Shown here one piece after another: positions 19,146 to 30,346 of a stretch of 64,000 bases of DNA (position 1 is the first letter of the stretch; every line of letters starts with the position of its first letter). A model generated the notes under the pieces. It saw only the letters and a program-made list of their open reading frames with translations, searched no databases and was not told where the DNA came from. This stretch comes from an uncultured virus (IMG/VR IMGVR_UViG_3300010356_003090) (lineage: Duplodnaviria; Heunggongvirae; Uroviricota; Caudoviricetes): the IMG/VR virus record IMGVR_UViG_3300010356_003090; one strand, given 5' to 3'. The translations under genes were made by a program, and so were the position numbers.

Positions 19146-20846
19146 ATGACACAGGTTGATATGAGGCCCCGTATTGAGCAAATGTTAGCACCCATCGAAA
19201 AGCCCAAGGTGTTAAACATCGAAGGCGATCTTATGCGCAATATGAGAGGCGAAATCGATCCAGGCAAAACCAGTAGGCATCATATCACCCAAACAGAAAG
19301 AGACCACATTAAGCAGGGAATTGAAAGCGGTGCGACAAGCTGGAGGAGTCCACGAAAGTTCTTTAACATTGAGCGACGGTCTGGAAACAAAATCTATCTT
19401 TCGATCTATGATTATCCGCTAAAAGATGGATATAATAAGATCGTGGAAGACTGGCAAGATGCCAAGCGTTCGGGTCGAGCCATTGTAACCATCGAATCCG
19501 AAGAAGAAAACAAGCCAAGTCAACAAGCCGAACAAGCGATCTATCGCGAGAGTGCTGGAATGAAGTACACAGAACTAGAATTTGATTTCTTGGCATTTCG
19601 CGATTTCTTGGAGAAATACGCACTACAAGACCGCAATTTTTATACGGCGGCGGCAAAGAACACCCTTCGCCAGATGTACAATGCAAATCCTCCGCTTTTT
19701 CGCGTTCGTGCAAGCGACTTTTCCAAGGATAGACAATATGCAAAACTTGAGATCGGAGTAAGTATTGACGGCGGCAATCTTTGGAATTGGGTTGATTTAA
19801 CAAAGAAACGATTGCGCCGACTAGAGATAGCCTTTGCCTTGTTTGGTCAAAAAGGAAAACAGCGGTTTGGTGGCGAAACGTACCCAAGCTATCAATACGA
19901 AAAGCCTTTCAAGTATGATCTTGGTTTTTCACGCGGGCGCGATGCCTTCTTGGTTGGGATAGGATTCAACATCGCGAACGATCAACACTCCACGACGCAA
20001 AAGTATTATTTTTCGCTTATTGGAAAGCCAGAAGCGAATGATTACAAGGCGGGCTGGTTGGATGGATGGAAGGACGCAAATCTAGCTTCTGGTGGTCAAT
20101 TTACCCCAAGCGTTCAAACGCTCACATCACAACAAAAGGAAGAGGTCGAGCGACACAAGCAAAAAAGAGCGCAAGTCGAAGGTGCAATTCAATCTCTCAA
20201 AGAGATGTTTAAGCCTTTCATAGAAGCCCAAACATCCGAAGAGAAAGCGCAGCACTTCTTAAAAATTATTGAGTCTCCACCAACAGAAAACGCCTATCGA
20301 AATCGTGTTGTGATCGACTTGCAGCAACAAGAACGCCCGCAAGAATTCGGAGGCTGGACGCTATTCTTGCGGGCTGACGTGTATTTCTCCCCCACAGGCA
20401 GATCTTATCTGTTTGATATACAAGGTGCAAAAAATTGGCTAGGAGAAGGGGGGGCGGGTCGGGTTCCCCTTGTTTTTCCATTGCAATCAAAAATCTCTTT
20501 CTCTTTTCAACCCTCCACTTTTCCCTTTACAAGAGCCGAGCGCGTTGTGTGGGATAAATTGTTTTGTGAAGCGTTCGCTTTGTCGCACTTATCCGACGTG
20601 TATAAGCTACTGCATGACCGTTGGAAAAGATACGACCAACGAAACACCTTTTCACTCGAATCCTTCTTTGATCTTTATCATGGGAATTATCGCACAACGG
20701 AAAACATTTTTCCTAGAGCAAGAGAACTTTCCCCCGTGTATGCTTATCCTCTTGTTATCGACAAGATACAGCAATTAGCGAGAGTGTTTGCAATGTTTCT
20801 TTTGCGCGAAGTGTTCGATCTGATCGGGCAGGAAGCGGCGTATTAA
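19146..20846 (+). CDS. Hypothetical multidomain protein
   Basis: 566-aa ORF in the operon; YKAGWLDGWKD motif. Confidence 0.75.
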   Translation: MTQVDMRPRIEQMLAPIEKPKVLNIEGDLMRNMRGEIDPGKTSRHHITQTERDHIKQGIESGATSWRSPRKFFNIERRSGNKIYLSIYDYPLKDGYNKIVEDWQDAKRSGRAIVTIESEEENKPSQQAEQAIYRESAGMKYTELEFDFLAFRDFLEKYALQDRNFYTAAAKNTLRQMYNANPPLFRVRASDFSKDRQYAKLEIGVSIDGGNLWNWVDLTKKRLRRLEIAFALFGQKGKQRFGGETYPSYQYEKPFKYDLGFSRGRDAFLVGIGFNIANDQHSTTQKYYFSLIGKPEANDYKAGWLDGWKDANLASGGQFTPSVQTLTSQQKEEVERHKQKRAQVEGAIQSLKEMFKPFIEAQTSEEKAQHFLKIIESPPTENAYRNRVVIDLQQQERPQEFGGWTLFLRADVYFSPTGRSYLFDIQGAKNWLGEGGAGRVPLVFPLQSKISFSFQPSTFPFTRAERVVWDKLFCEAFALSHLSDVYKLLHDRWKRYDQRNTFSLESFFDLYHGNYRTTENIFPRARELSPVYAYPLVIDKIQQLARVFAMFLLREVFDLIGQEAAY

Positions 20847-20847
20847 A

Positions 20848-22719
20848 ATGAATCAGATCTCTTCTCAAAAAATAGCGGCGATCATCGCAAGAGTAAAAGA
20901 AGCACTCCACAAGCGAGGATTGCCCGAAGAATCGATCCATTTTTTTGATGATTCGCCAAATGTTCTACGTTGGCTTGTTCACACCATTGAATTTTTATTC
21001 AAGCCATCCGATGCCATCGCACACACAACCCTTGTAATAACAAGCCCCGAAGGTTCGGAGAAATTGCCTTGTCGTTATATGATTGTGGATGCCAAAAATT
21101 TGATCCCGTCGCATATCCCTACAGATGCAGGATTGCTACAGAAAAATTCAAAGTACCCAGACAATCTACAAGAACGATCCTATGAAGGCGACATCATGGA
21201 GGCAGAGAAGGTGCGCAACAACCTTCGCCAATTCTTCCCTCCACTTGTGATCAATACAAATCCCGACGCGGTGAACGGCCCGCCCGTTGCAGATCGCAAT
21301 CTCGTTGTTTTGGGTGGAAACTCACGCGCAATGACGATGCAGCTAATGTACAAACAGAGTCAACATTCTTCTCGATACAGGGAAATTCAAGCAAAGTATA
21401 TCAGCTATTTGATCGAGCGTTCTCTTGACTTTGGCCTGACAATCGGTGATGTGCTTGCGGTTCAACAACCTATCCTGATCCGCGTCTTGGACTTGGATAC
21501 AATGCGCCGATTCAGCGAAGCGCAACGCCTTGTGAGGCTGCTTAACGAAAGCCTAACGCAAAAGATGTCTTACACGCAGGAATTGACCGCCATTGCGCGA
21601 AGTATCCCGCGTGAAGGATGGAACAAGATCGCCAAAGTGATCGCGCTTACGATGGATGTTGAAGATTCAACATTCAACGAGTATATGCAGACGCCAAAGG
21701 CCACGCCATTGATCGATACCTTGCGTCAATTCGGCGTTTTCAGTCTTCGCAATTTCAGCGTGTACTTTGATCAAGAAAACAAGGCACTCAATCGATTAGG
21801 GCGCTTCTTTGTAAAAGACATCTTGCTTGGCCGCGTCTTCCACAATCACCCCGAACAAATCGCCAAATTAACAGACTCGCAATTTGATCTATTCTCGGAT
21901 CTTGCGCCTTTTTTGATTGCATCGTCTTGTTGCGATCTCAGTTTCGATATTTTAAGCGACTTAATGATCGCCGTTCAAGCCGCCGATTATATGAAGAACG
22001 CCAAGCACACGGAAAACAGACAGCAGGTATTGACTTATCCCTCGTTTGTATCGATCCGCAAGGTCGCACAATTCAATCTGTTTTATCAGATACCACCCGA
22101 ATTTGACGATGCACAAAAGACGGTTAGACGGCGTTTTTTGTGGCAATTGTTCTTTGATATGGGAACAAAGCGGCGCTATTTAATGCGCGGCTTTCAACGC
22201 TATGCCATACGCGCCGCACTACGCGATGAATTGCAAGGTGGACTTGCTCTATCAAGTGAAGAATTGAACATTGAACCAGAAAGCGCAAACAGCACGATTC
22301 TTTGGGCCTTTCAAGCAAAGAGATGGCAACAAGAAACAACCGCAGATGCAGCAGAATTTGAACTTGCGGAACAAAATTTACTCGAAAACGCATCAACGCA
22401 CCAACAAGGCTTGCAAGAAGACAAAAAAACAATCGTTCTCTCGCACAAGGACGGCATCTTGACAATCGAGCGAACAATCCGAGGGAAAAGGCACGTCTTT
22501 TCTTATTTTGATAGCTATACGCAACTTGTTCAAAGTGGACAGGCTTTGACAGTAGACAGCGAGCAAGCAAGAGCGTTGCAACCCGCCACATCTACACATT
22601 CTGCGCAAGGCTTGCGTTTGCTGAATCCCCAAGCAAAGACAAGGCAAGAACGGCTTGCCAACGCGCAAGAATTGCGCTTTGATCCAAGGGCTGCTGCATG
22701 GGAAGTTTCGCGTAGATAG
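20848..22719 (+). CDS. DdrB-like ParB-superfamily domain protein
   Basis: YMIVDAKNLIPSH...YPDNLQERSY...DAVNGPPV...VVLGGNSRAM matches the ddrB-ParB pattern of polyvalent proteins. Confidence 0.75.
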   Translation: MNQISSQKIAAIIARVKEALHKRGLPEESIHFFDDSPNVLRWLVHTIEFLFKPSDAIAHTTLVITSPEGSEKLPCRYMIVDAKNLIPSHIPTDAGLLQKNSKYPDNLQERSYEGDIMEAEKVRNNLRQFFPPLVINTNPDAVNGPPVADRNLVVLGGNSRAMTMQLMYKQSQHSSRYREIQAKYISYLIERSLDFGLTIGDVLAVQQPILIRVLDLDTMRRFSEAQRLVRLLNESLTQKMSYTQELTAIARSIPREGWNKIAKVIALTMDVEDSTFNEYMQTPKATPLIDTLRQFGVFSLRNFSVYFDQENKALNRLGRFFVKDILLGRVFHNHPEQIAKLTDSQFDLFSDLAPFLIASSCCDLSFDILSDLMIAVQAADYMKNAKHTENRQQVLTYPSFVSIRKVAQFNLFYQIPPEFDDAQKTVRRRFLWQLFFDMGTKRRYLMRGFQRYAIRAALRDELQGGLALSSEELNIEPESANSTILWAFQAKRWQQETTADAAEFELAEQNLLENASTHQQGLQEDKKTIVLSHKDGILTIERTIRGKRHVFSYFDSYTQLVQSGQALTVDSEQARALQPATSTHSAQGLRLLNPQAKTRQERLANAQELRFDPRAAAWEVSRR

Positions 22720-22778
22720 CCAAAGTTCTCTACAAGAGGCAAGGAAACGGCATAAGAGGCCACGAAACGGAGAAAGCG

Positions 22779-25049
22779 ATGTATCCCCCAAGTCGAATGA
22801 CACACCCCATCCTAAGCGAAGGAAAGCCGCTTTCTCCTCACATTGGCAGAGGGGGAGATCTCAGACAGCGCAACATTGACGCCCGCCTCGTGTTGGGTCG
22901 CACACCGAACCCTCTTGCGGGCGATCCGCTGTATATCCCCGCTGGTGATGGTCATCGCCACAAATACAATCGTTTGCGCTGGGGCAAAGGGCATCGAAGG
23001 ACACCAAACAAGCCGATAGGACAGCTTGTTGATGTGGCCCGTGCAAAGCTACAAGCGCGGCTTTTGTTGCGGTTTGCTGGACAAGAGGCGTTTGTATTAG
23101 AATCGATCAAAAAACGCGCATTGTCTAAGAAGATCGACGCACTCTTGACGCAAGCGATAAGCGAACATCTGCAACGCGCCGCCCTAGATCTTTTCGACAA
23201 TGCCGACGATATAGGCCGTGTTGGGTGGATCAGCATTGAAGGCGCGTTTTTGAAGTGGATCGACGCAGACGAAGAAGAAGGACAAGCAAGCCAAGTCAAG
23301 GTCAAGAATGAGTACGGCCCGAATAAGTTTGATAGAGCGTCGGTTCGCTCGATCTACTCGTTCTTGTCGAAGGTTGAATCCAGCCGCCCCGAAGATATCG
23401 CACAAGGGATCGTGCTATCAGACAGCGAAGCGCAAAAAGCCTATCACTTTTTGCGCAAGTACCGCAAACAACTCCCCCAAATTGGCATCCAGTTTGATCG
23501 GATTATTCCACCGCTTACCGCCGCCGAAAAGAAAATGCTTGCCGAACAAGGCGAGGATGAAGACAGCGAAAAAGACAGCAAAACCGCAAGCATCGAAGAC
23601 TTGATGAAATTGTCTGTAGGAGAACAAACCCACACTCCAACGCGCAGCAAGCAAGATTCTGTGTACTCCATTCCGCGCCGTATTGCCGAACACAAAGGCA
23701 ATGTACAAGCCCAAATGCAGCTTTTGTACGATGAAGCCTTTTCAAGAATCCATTCGATCATTTCGGGCATTTCGCAGCGTATGCAAGAAAAGGCATCGCT
23801 TACAAACCTTGAAGCAAAGCCAATCGCCCCCGTCCTTTCGTTTATGTATCAATGCCATGAACTGTACTACCTCGGCAACCGTGCCGATATCGCAGCATTG
23901 GCGGAACTACGAGCAGAGAACGAAGATGCCCCTATTCCAAAAGGATACAAGGGCGTTCCAAAAGGATACAAGGGCGTTTTGGGGATCTTGCTCGAACAAA
24001 TGAACGTAGGAACCCCCGCCGATCCCACAAAGAGAATCAAGTACAACGAAAAACAGGGCTATGGCTTGTTTTCGCTAGATGGTGTCTTTGAAAAATACGC
24101 CAACGGAGAGACACGACGCACCCCCGAAGATCTGGACGGACTTAACCCATCCATGCGCGATCTTGACTTGGTAAGCGAACGCTACGCCGCGATCTTGTCG
24201 AACTTCTTGCGCTATGCCCTGATCCTTTTTGATATTGATCACTACGACCAATTAAAGCCTAGCAAGTTTCGCTTGGCGCTCGAAGCCTACAACGCCCAAC
24301 ACCCCGACCAAAAACTCCAGCCCTATCAAGTCCAGATCGATCCAACGCAAATCAGCGGCTTTGTGAAGGATATGATTGAAAAGGCGTTGAAGCATCCAAA
24401 AGTGATCCCATGCGGCGTGATGCAAAACGGCGATCTTCTGCTTTCGCTCACGAAAGACGACAAGGGAAAGCTGCAATATATCCATGTGTACGAGGTGGAT
24501 GCTTCGCTGTCCGATGTCGCGAAAACGGAAAAGTTTATGCGCGAAGTTTATGCCCACAAGATGAGGCGGTTTGCAGAAGGCGATAAATACGCAATGGATT
24601 ATTTTTCAAATCATCTCGTGCAAGGCATCGACATTGGAAGTGTACGGGCTTTCTACTCACATAGTGGCTTGCGTGTTTTATCTCCACAAGGCGATTTGAT
24701 TACAGACAAGGGGGAAGCTGAAAGTTCAAGCCTGATCGGGATGGGCTTGCGTAAAGTCCTTGAATGGACTGCTCAAAAAGACCCGATCCGATTCTTTACC
24801 AACGACGAACAGGCGGTCATCGACACCGATCCCGCGTTTCGCTTGATCCGTGATCGATTCACTCCAAGCAATTTGATCAAAAAACTGCACAATCACGGAT
24901 TCGCAAAGCTGTTTCTCTTCTTGCATAGCCTCGGTGTGCCGCTTATTGGCGACGAATACACGAAAGAACGCGACACGATCCGCAAGGTCGCAGCCAAGAC
25001 CAAAGCCGAAAAAGACGGCAACGAAAGAAGAAATAAATCCAGCGAATAA
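22779..25049 (+). CDS. Large hypothetical protein
   Basis: 756-aa ORF with RBS GGAG; RTPNP in the basic leader; LSDSEAQKAYHFLRKYRKQL motif; 21-bp duplication at 23935-23976. Confidence 0.75.
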   Translation: MYPPSRMTHPILSEGKPLSPHIGRGGDLRQRNIDARLVLGRTPNPLAGDPLYIPAGDGHRHKYNRLRWGKGHRRTPNKPIGQLVDVARAKLQARLLLRFAGQEAFVLESIKKRALSKKIDALLTQAISEHLQRAALDLFDNADDIGRVGWISIEGAFLKWIDADEEEGQASQVKVKNEYGPNKFDRASVRSIYSFLSKVESSRPEDIAQGIVLSDSEAQKAYHFLRKYRKQLPQIGIQFDRIIPPLTAAEKKMLAEQGEDEDSEKDSKTASIEDLMKLSVGEQTHTPTRSKQDSVYSIPRRIAEHKGNVQAQMQLLYDEAFSRIHSIISGISQRMQEKASLTNLEAKPIAPVLSFMYQCHELYYLGNRADIAALAELRAENEDAPIPKGYKGVPKGYKGVLGILLEQMNVGTPADPTKRIKYNEKQGYGLFSLDGVFEKYANGETRRTPEDLDGLNPSMRDLDLVSERYAAILSNFLRYALILFDIDHYDQLKPSKFRLALEAYNAQHPDQKLQPYQVQIDPTQISGFVKDMIEKALKHPKVIPCGVMQNGDLLLSLTKDDKGKLQYIHVYEVDASLSDVAKTEKFMREVYAHKMRRFAEGDKYAMDYFSNHLVQGIDIGSVRAFYSHSGLRVLSPQGDLITDKGEAESSSLIGMGLRKVLEWTAQKDPIRFFTNDEQAVIDTDPAFRLIRDRFTPSNLIKKLHNHGFAKLFLFLHSLGVPLIGDEYTKERDTIRKVAAKTKAEKDGNERRNKSSE

Positions 25050-25079
25050 GCCCGAACATCGGACAAAAGGAGCCTCTTT

Positions 25080-28000
25080 ATGTTCCCACGCCATCCAAGA
25101 TCGCCCTTAAAGATGTTTGCGATGCCACACGCTGATCGCTATCAGCCAAGACGCTACAATCCGCAAAGTTCGCTTGATCTAAGCGTAGATGAAGCGATGA
25201 ACACAACCTCAAGACAGGCAAGCAAGCAAGAGATCCTTGCGCGAAGCATCGAGATCTTGATTGATCGTGTCGCAAGCGAAATGCTCAAAGTCGCGAATGA
25301 TGCGGGTATCAATGCGAAAGTGATGCCGATGATCGCAGATCAAGAAGCCTTCTTGAAAGAAGCCCGCACATTTTGCCAAGCAGAGCCGCGCTATAGCGAA
25401 TTGATCGACCGCTTATCCGCTGAATTGGGCGTTGAATTCTCCTACGGGCTGTCTGGTGAATACCTTGCCTTCTTTGAAGACTTACGAAGCAAGCTAAAAG
25501 AGATCCCGAAAGAAGATATCTCTGCCCGCTTGCGCATGATCAAAGAAGCCATTGCAAGAAACAGGAACCTCAACCTTTCTCAAGCCCTAAACGACCTGCC
25601 CACGGTCTTTTCCATCCGATCCGCCGTCCTTGGTGAAGAAGTCGAAGTTTTGCAATTTTACATTGCGTGGGGTGTGCCAAAAGAAGACTTTGAACACTTC
25701 GCAAACAAACAACAAAACAAGCGCGAGTATGCAGATCGCCAACAAGAGATCAAAGTCTACCAAGAGAACGCAAAAACCATCCTGTCCGAACTCTACGAAA
25801 GCCAAGATGCCGACAACAAGAAGATCATTGACGACGAAATGATCCGCGCTCGTATGCAGATCACGGAAACAGATCGGCGCAACGGTGAGAGTGTAGAAAC
25901 ACTTGCACTCGAAAAACTACTTGCCCAACGTGCGCTTTTGCTTGGTTCTGCACCCGAAAAAGAAAGCAAAAAGAAGGCGACAAAAATTGCTGTTAAGGTA
26001 CAGCAAGAATACCTGCGCAATAAAGCCTACACCTTGAACCATCTGCCCGCCTTCATCGAAGCCGATCTAAAAGATTCGCAGGAAAAACGCTTGCTGTATG
26101 CGCTGCTTGCACCGTATTCTTGCTTTATTGGAAAGATGCGCTGGACGAAAAACACGTTCAACGTGTACACGTTGACTGGTTCTGAAGTGTTGCGCGTGGG
26201 CAATTGGCCGCTTGTTTCTCCGAAGTCGGTTGACGTGTATCACGAAGCACTCGGAGCAGCGTTTGAATCCATCGAATTGACGCGCAAAAACCTTGCGCGA
26301 TACAACGCCGATATCATCCCATCATCCCCACCACTTCGACGACAAGAGCAGCTTATGATCAGCCTGTTGACAGCGGCAAACGCTCGACAGCATCAACGAA
26401 GCCTTGCCTCTGCCCGCAACCTCGAATTGTCGGATCAAGTGGACGTAGAATTGAGCGAAACGGAATGGATGGATCGGCTTGGTGGCTTGGTTGATCCGAG
26501 ACCGTGGCAGCTTGCAGCAACCGAAGTCGCAGCAAACAACCCTCGTGTGTTTTTGGCTGACCCAACAGGTTTCGGAAAAACAGGACAAGCCTTGTTGATC
26601 CTTGAGCGGAACCTTGCTTATCCAGCGGTGATCGTCTGCCCACCTGGGGTCTTTCAAAATTGGGCCGCCGCTGTCAAGCAATGGCTGCCGCACCGATCCG
26701 TCTCGCTTCTTGAGGGGGGCATGGCGCAAAGCCTGACAGTCGGGGGGAAAACACTCAAAGCCTCCGATGTGTGGAAGGCATACGACCAACAAGAAACAAA
26801 CAGAGGCGGAAGCCTTGCATCTTTCATCTCCTCCCTACCTTCCGAGATGAAGCCCAAATTTGTAACCGTGTCGGTTGAAAAGGCGCAAAGAGACTCTTCC
26901 CGCCGTGAATTCGACAAAGCGGAGATACCCATTGATCGATATGATGTGGACATTGTGATCGTATCCAAAGACTCGCTAAAAATCGACGTTGGGCGGGGCT
27001 TGGAGGGGAGATTGATCCCACCGATCCTAAGTCGAGTCAACAAGGGGTTTGTGTTCGATGAATCGCACTATTTGAAGAACCGACGCACGGCTACTTACCA
27101 AGCCGCGAAGGTCGTTGCCTCCCAAGCAAGCACACGGCTTTTGTTGAGCGCAACCATCCTAACCAACAATGCCGAAGAATTGAGAAACCAACTGGACATT
27201 CTGGGGCAGCTTTACGACTTCTTTGGATCGCCGCAAGAATTTTATGAAGCCTTTGAATCGTTGAAGGGCGGGGGTATGCGTGGGGGCGTCACAAGCAATC
27301 TTTCCGAGGCAAACATTGCAAAGTCGGAGAAGGTGAACGAGATCTTGCGCCGTTGTTGCTATGTGCGCCGATTCCCCGAACAATTGCAAGCAATGGGCGC
27401 GATGCCCAAGCCACACCGCCAAACCCTGCCCGTCTTGCTCGATCATGCGTGGGCCGATGCCTACGAGGGAAGTATCAAGGATTTCAAAGATGCGGTGCTT
27501 GAATACTCCGCAGGGATCGCACAAATGATCTTTTCGGGTATCTTGCAAATTGCCTCCGATGTGATGAGACAGATCTTGACAACACGCGACCTATCCGAAC
27601 TCAAAGGGCAGTTTGAAAGACTCCTTGATTATGCCCAAGGCAAGGGAAAAAACACCAAAGACTACAAAGGGCAAAGCGCCGAAGAGGTTAAGCTGATCGC
27701 CTATCATAAAGCCGTGGACGCGGAGATCAGAAGCACTCTTACACACAGCATTGACCGCGCAATGATCGAGATCGAGCGGGTGGGTAGAACCATCACCGAG
27801 CGATTGAACGCGAAACTTGCAGAGCGGAATGAAGAATTTTCCGAATTGATGGAACTGGAAAGCGAAGACAGCGACGAAGACAGCGACGAAGACAAAGAAG
27901 CGGCCAAGGCAAAGGCCAAGGCAAAGGCCGAAGCCAAGGCGAAAGCCGAAGAAGAGAAGCGGCCCGAACTTACATCCTCCCAAAAGAAGCTATTTCAAAG

Positions 28001-29318
28001 CTGCTTTTATACGTTCTTTGATCTTGCGATGGACGGCTATCTAGCCGATCAATCGGGAGAATACAAGAAGGTCTTGGAAGCAGACATCGACTTTGGCGGG
28101 GATGTTCGCCTATTGATCGACGCTTTCGCTAAGCGGATCGCACAATCTCGCCTACAGAGCGCCACACTCACGCGGATCTTGAAACTTCGCCAACTGACAT
28201 CCCTTGCAAAAGCCCCGTATGCGTCGGCTTTATTGCTCAACCTGTTACATCGGGTATCGCTTGCGCCGTTGTCGTACAACAACGAAAAGACCAAACAAGA
28301 AGCGTTGAAGCGTTCGCAGTATCCGATAACAGAGAAAGACGGAAGACTCTACGAGCAACGACCGACCAAGATTGTGTTCTTTACGCTCTTTGATACAACC
28401 TTGCGCTATGTTGCCGATGTATTGGAAAAAAACGGCGTCAATTATGTGCGCATCACGGGCAAGAACACGAAGCCCCAAAAAGCCGCCGCACAAGTCGCGT
28501 TTGCGTCTGATCCAGACGTGCGCGTGTGCTTGTGTAGCATCGGAGCCGCAAGGGAAGGCTTAAACCTCCAAGTATCCGATCAAGCGATCTTTACAGATAC
28601 AGCGTACACCGCCGCCGCAACAGAACAAGCCGAGGGGAGAATCAAGCGTCTTGGTAGCCCATTTACCGACGTTTTTATGACCTACTTTGTCATCCCCGAC
28701 ACCGTGGACACCCTGATCACCGCGCTAATGGAGCGAAAGCGCGAATTGATGCTTGGTACACAAGAAGGCGTTCGCTCGATCAAGCGCCGATTTACTCCGC
28801 TTGAGCATGGGACGTTTGCCTTGCGCTACGATCTCAAAGTCGATGGCGGGCGCGTCGATCCATTCAGCCTAGAAACCAAAGGGCCGCTCGATCTGCACAA
28901 AAAATTAGAGATATGGGATCATCTCGGATACTACACGGAAATTGGGAAACAAGCCCTTGAGCATTGGAAGGCAACAGGCACAACCGACGAAGTGATCGGC
29001 GTGTTGAAAAAGTGGGATGATCTGCTTGCGCCTATCTCCGAAAAGATCAAGCGCGAAGCCGAAAGCAAGAGAATCCAAACCCACGGAACTAGCCTAGAAA
29101 GCCTTGACGAAGACGAAGAAGCCCAAGAAGCATCCGAACAAGAGAACTCCGAAGAAGCGTTAATGGATTCGATCCTGTCCACAATCTCAGACCTTCCCAC
29201 GCTTCACATTACAGAAAATGAGCATCTTTCGGCTTTACGCGCAATCTACGACTTCAAGAATGTGAGAAGCCTTTTTACGAAACAAGAAACGCTGCAAAAG
29301 ATCGGATTCTACGACTAA
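25080..29318 (+). CDS. SNF2-family (SF2) helicase/translocase with long N-terminal extension and inter-lobe insertion
   Basis: PRPWQ, LADPTGFGKT, VIVCP, FDESH, LLSAT, AAREGLNLQ, QAEGRIKRLG. Confidence 0.9.
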   Translation: MFPRHPRSPLKMFAMPHADRYQPRRYNPQSSLDLSVDEAMNTTSRQASKQEILARSIEILIDRVASEMLKVANDAGINAKVMPMIADQEAFLKEARTFCQAEPRYSELIDRLSAELGVEFSYGLSGEYLAFFEDLRSKLKEIPKEDISARLRMIKEAIARNRNLNLSQALNDLPTVFSIRSAVLGEEVEVLQFYIAWGVPKEDFEHFANKQQNKREYADRQQEIKVYQENAKTILSELYESQDADNKKIIDDEMIRARMQITETDRRNGESVETLALEKLLAQRALLLGSAPEKESKKKATKIAVKVQQEYLRNKAYTLNHLPAFIEADLKDSQEKRLLYALLAPYSCFIGKMRWTKNTFNVYTLTGSEVLRVGNWPLVSPKSVDVYHEALGAAFESIELTRKNLARYNADIIPSSPPLRRQEQLMISLLTAANARQHQRSLASARNLELSDQVDVELSETEWMDRLGGLVDPRPWQLAATEVAANNPRVFLADPTGFGKTGQALLILERNLAYPAVIVCPPGVFQNWAAAVKQWLPHRSVSLLEGGMAQSLTVGGKTLKASDVWKAYDQQETNRGGSLASFISSLPSEMKPKFVTVSVEKAQRDSSRREFDKAEIPIDRYDVDIVIVSKDSLKIDVGRGLEGRLIPPILSRVNKGFVFDESHYLKNRRTATYQAAKVVASQASTRLLLSATILTNNAEELRNQLDILGQLYDFFGSPQEFYEAFESLKGGGMRGGVTSNLSEANIAKSEKVNEILRRCCYVRRFPEQLQAMGAMPKPHRQTLPVLLDHAWADAYEGSIKDFKDAVLEYSAGIAQMIFSGILQIASDVMRQILTTRDLSELKGQFERLLDYAQGKGKNTKDYKGQSAEEVKLIAYHKAVDAEIRSTLTHSIDRAMIEIERVGRTITERLNAKLAERNEEFSELMELESEDSDEDSDEDKEAAKAKAKAKAEAKAKAEEEKRPELTSSQKKLFQSCFYTFFDLAMDGYLADQSGEYKKVLEADIDFGGDVRLLIDAFAKRIAQSRLQSATLTRILKLRQLTSLAKAPYASALLLNLLHRVSLAPLSYNNEKTKQEALKRSQYPITEKDGRLYEQRPTKIVFFTLFDTTLRYVADVLEKNGVNYVRITGKNTKPQKAAAQVAFASDPDVRVCLCSIGAAREGLNLQVSDQAIFTDTAYTAAATEQAEGRIKRLGSPFTDVFMTYFVIPDTVDTLITALMERKRELMLGTQEGVRSIKRRFTPLEHGTFALRYDLKVDGGRVDPFSLETKGPLDLHKKLEIWDHLGYYTEIGKQALEHWKATGTTDEVIGVLKKWDDLLAPISEKIKREAESKRIQTHGTSLESLDEDEEAQEASEQENSEEALMDSILSTISDLPTLHITENEHLSALRAIYDFKNVRSLFTKQETLQKIGFYD

Positions 29319-29352
29319 AACAGCGCAGCAAAACCAAAAGAAAGACACAACC

Positions 29353-29751
29353 ATGTCAGCTCGACACATGAACCCACCCGACGTTACGCCGATCACAATG
29401 CGCGACTTGGAGCAAGGAGAGAACGTCTTGCGCGTCTTGCAGACGGCACTTCTGTTTGGAGAATTGGACTTGAACCAAGTCTTATCCGAATTTCGCGAGG
29501 AATTCCCCAGAATGGATATCGGCTTTGTCCAAGTCGCGATCCAACTTGCAAGCGCAGGACACTTGATCGCGGCATTCCATCTGGTGAAACGGCAAGAAGC
29601 AAATGAAGCGCGGCGCTATCGTATGGAAATTGGAGCCGCGATGGGCTTGGGCCTTGATGAAATTCTTGCGTTCTTGTCGGACTTTGCGAAGCGAAGCCTA
29701 ACCGCGATGCGCCGCCGCCTTGAGGCGGACTTCCCAAAGTCCACTTTTTAA
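29353..29751 (+). CDS. Hypothetical protein (RHMNP N-terminus)
   Basis: Operonic ORF starting MSARHMNPP. Confidence 0.7.
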   Translation: MSARHMNPPDVTPITMRDLEQGENVLRVLQTALLFGELDLNQVLSEFREEFPRMDIGFVQVAIQLASAGHLIAAFHLVKRQEANEARRYRMEIGAAMGLGLDEILAFLSDFAKRSLTAMRRRLEADFPKSTF

Positions 29752-29783
29752 CCGAACCACTCAACCCACAAGGAGGGGTGAAC

Positions 29784-30335
29784 ATGCAACCCACCGAGAT
29801 CGCCCCATCCCACATCCCACCAGACCAAGCATCCACAGAAGCAAGCGGAGGCGCAATTCGAACGCTTAACGTGGAGATCCCGACCTCCCCCCTTCATCTC
29901 CCCACAAACGCGCAAGGAAGCGCAAGCGAGGACGGAATGAAAAGCCCTATTTCCGATGGCTCCCTAGAGACAATCAAAGAAAAGGTACAATTCGGGATCT
30001 TGCGGGGCGTTGCGGGCTGGACAGCAACACTCTTTCCTGTCTTGGCAGGAGTGGCCGTTTTTATGGTGTGGCTTTTCAGCCTCGCACCGAAAAGCCACGT
30101 TGATCAACAAAACACCAAGATCGAGCAAAAGATCCAAGCGTTATCGAAAGAGATCAAAGAGCAACAATCCGCACTCAAGAACGAACTAAAGGAGATGTTG
30201 AACGAGAAATTCGGGCTTGTCTGGAAAAACCTTGGAAAGATGGAGGAGCGGATCGACAAACTGCGCGATAGGATGAGCGCGAGCGAAGAGACGCCAAAGC
30301 CCAAGAAGCAAAAGAGGCCATCCCAAGGGGAATAG
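29784..30335 (+). CDS. Single-TM coiled-coil protein
   Basis: RBS AGGAGG; hydrophobic segment followed by a heptad-rich region. Confidence 0.7.
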   Translation: MQPTEIAPSHIPPDQASTEASGGAIRTLNVEIPTSPLHLPTNAQGSASEDGMKSPISDGSLETIKEKVQFGILRGVAGWTATLFPVLAGVAVFMVWLFSLAPKSHVDQQNTKIEQKIQALSKEIKEQQSALKNELKEMLNEKFGLVWKNLGKMEERIDKLRDRMSASEETPKPKKQKRPSQGE

Positions 30336-30346
30336 AGGTTGACACC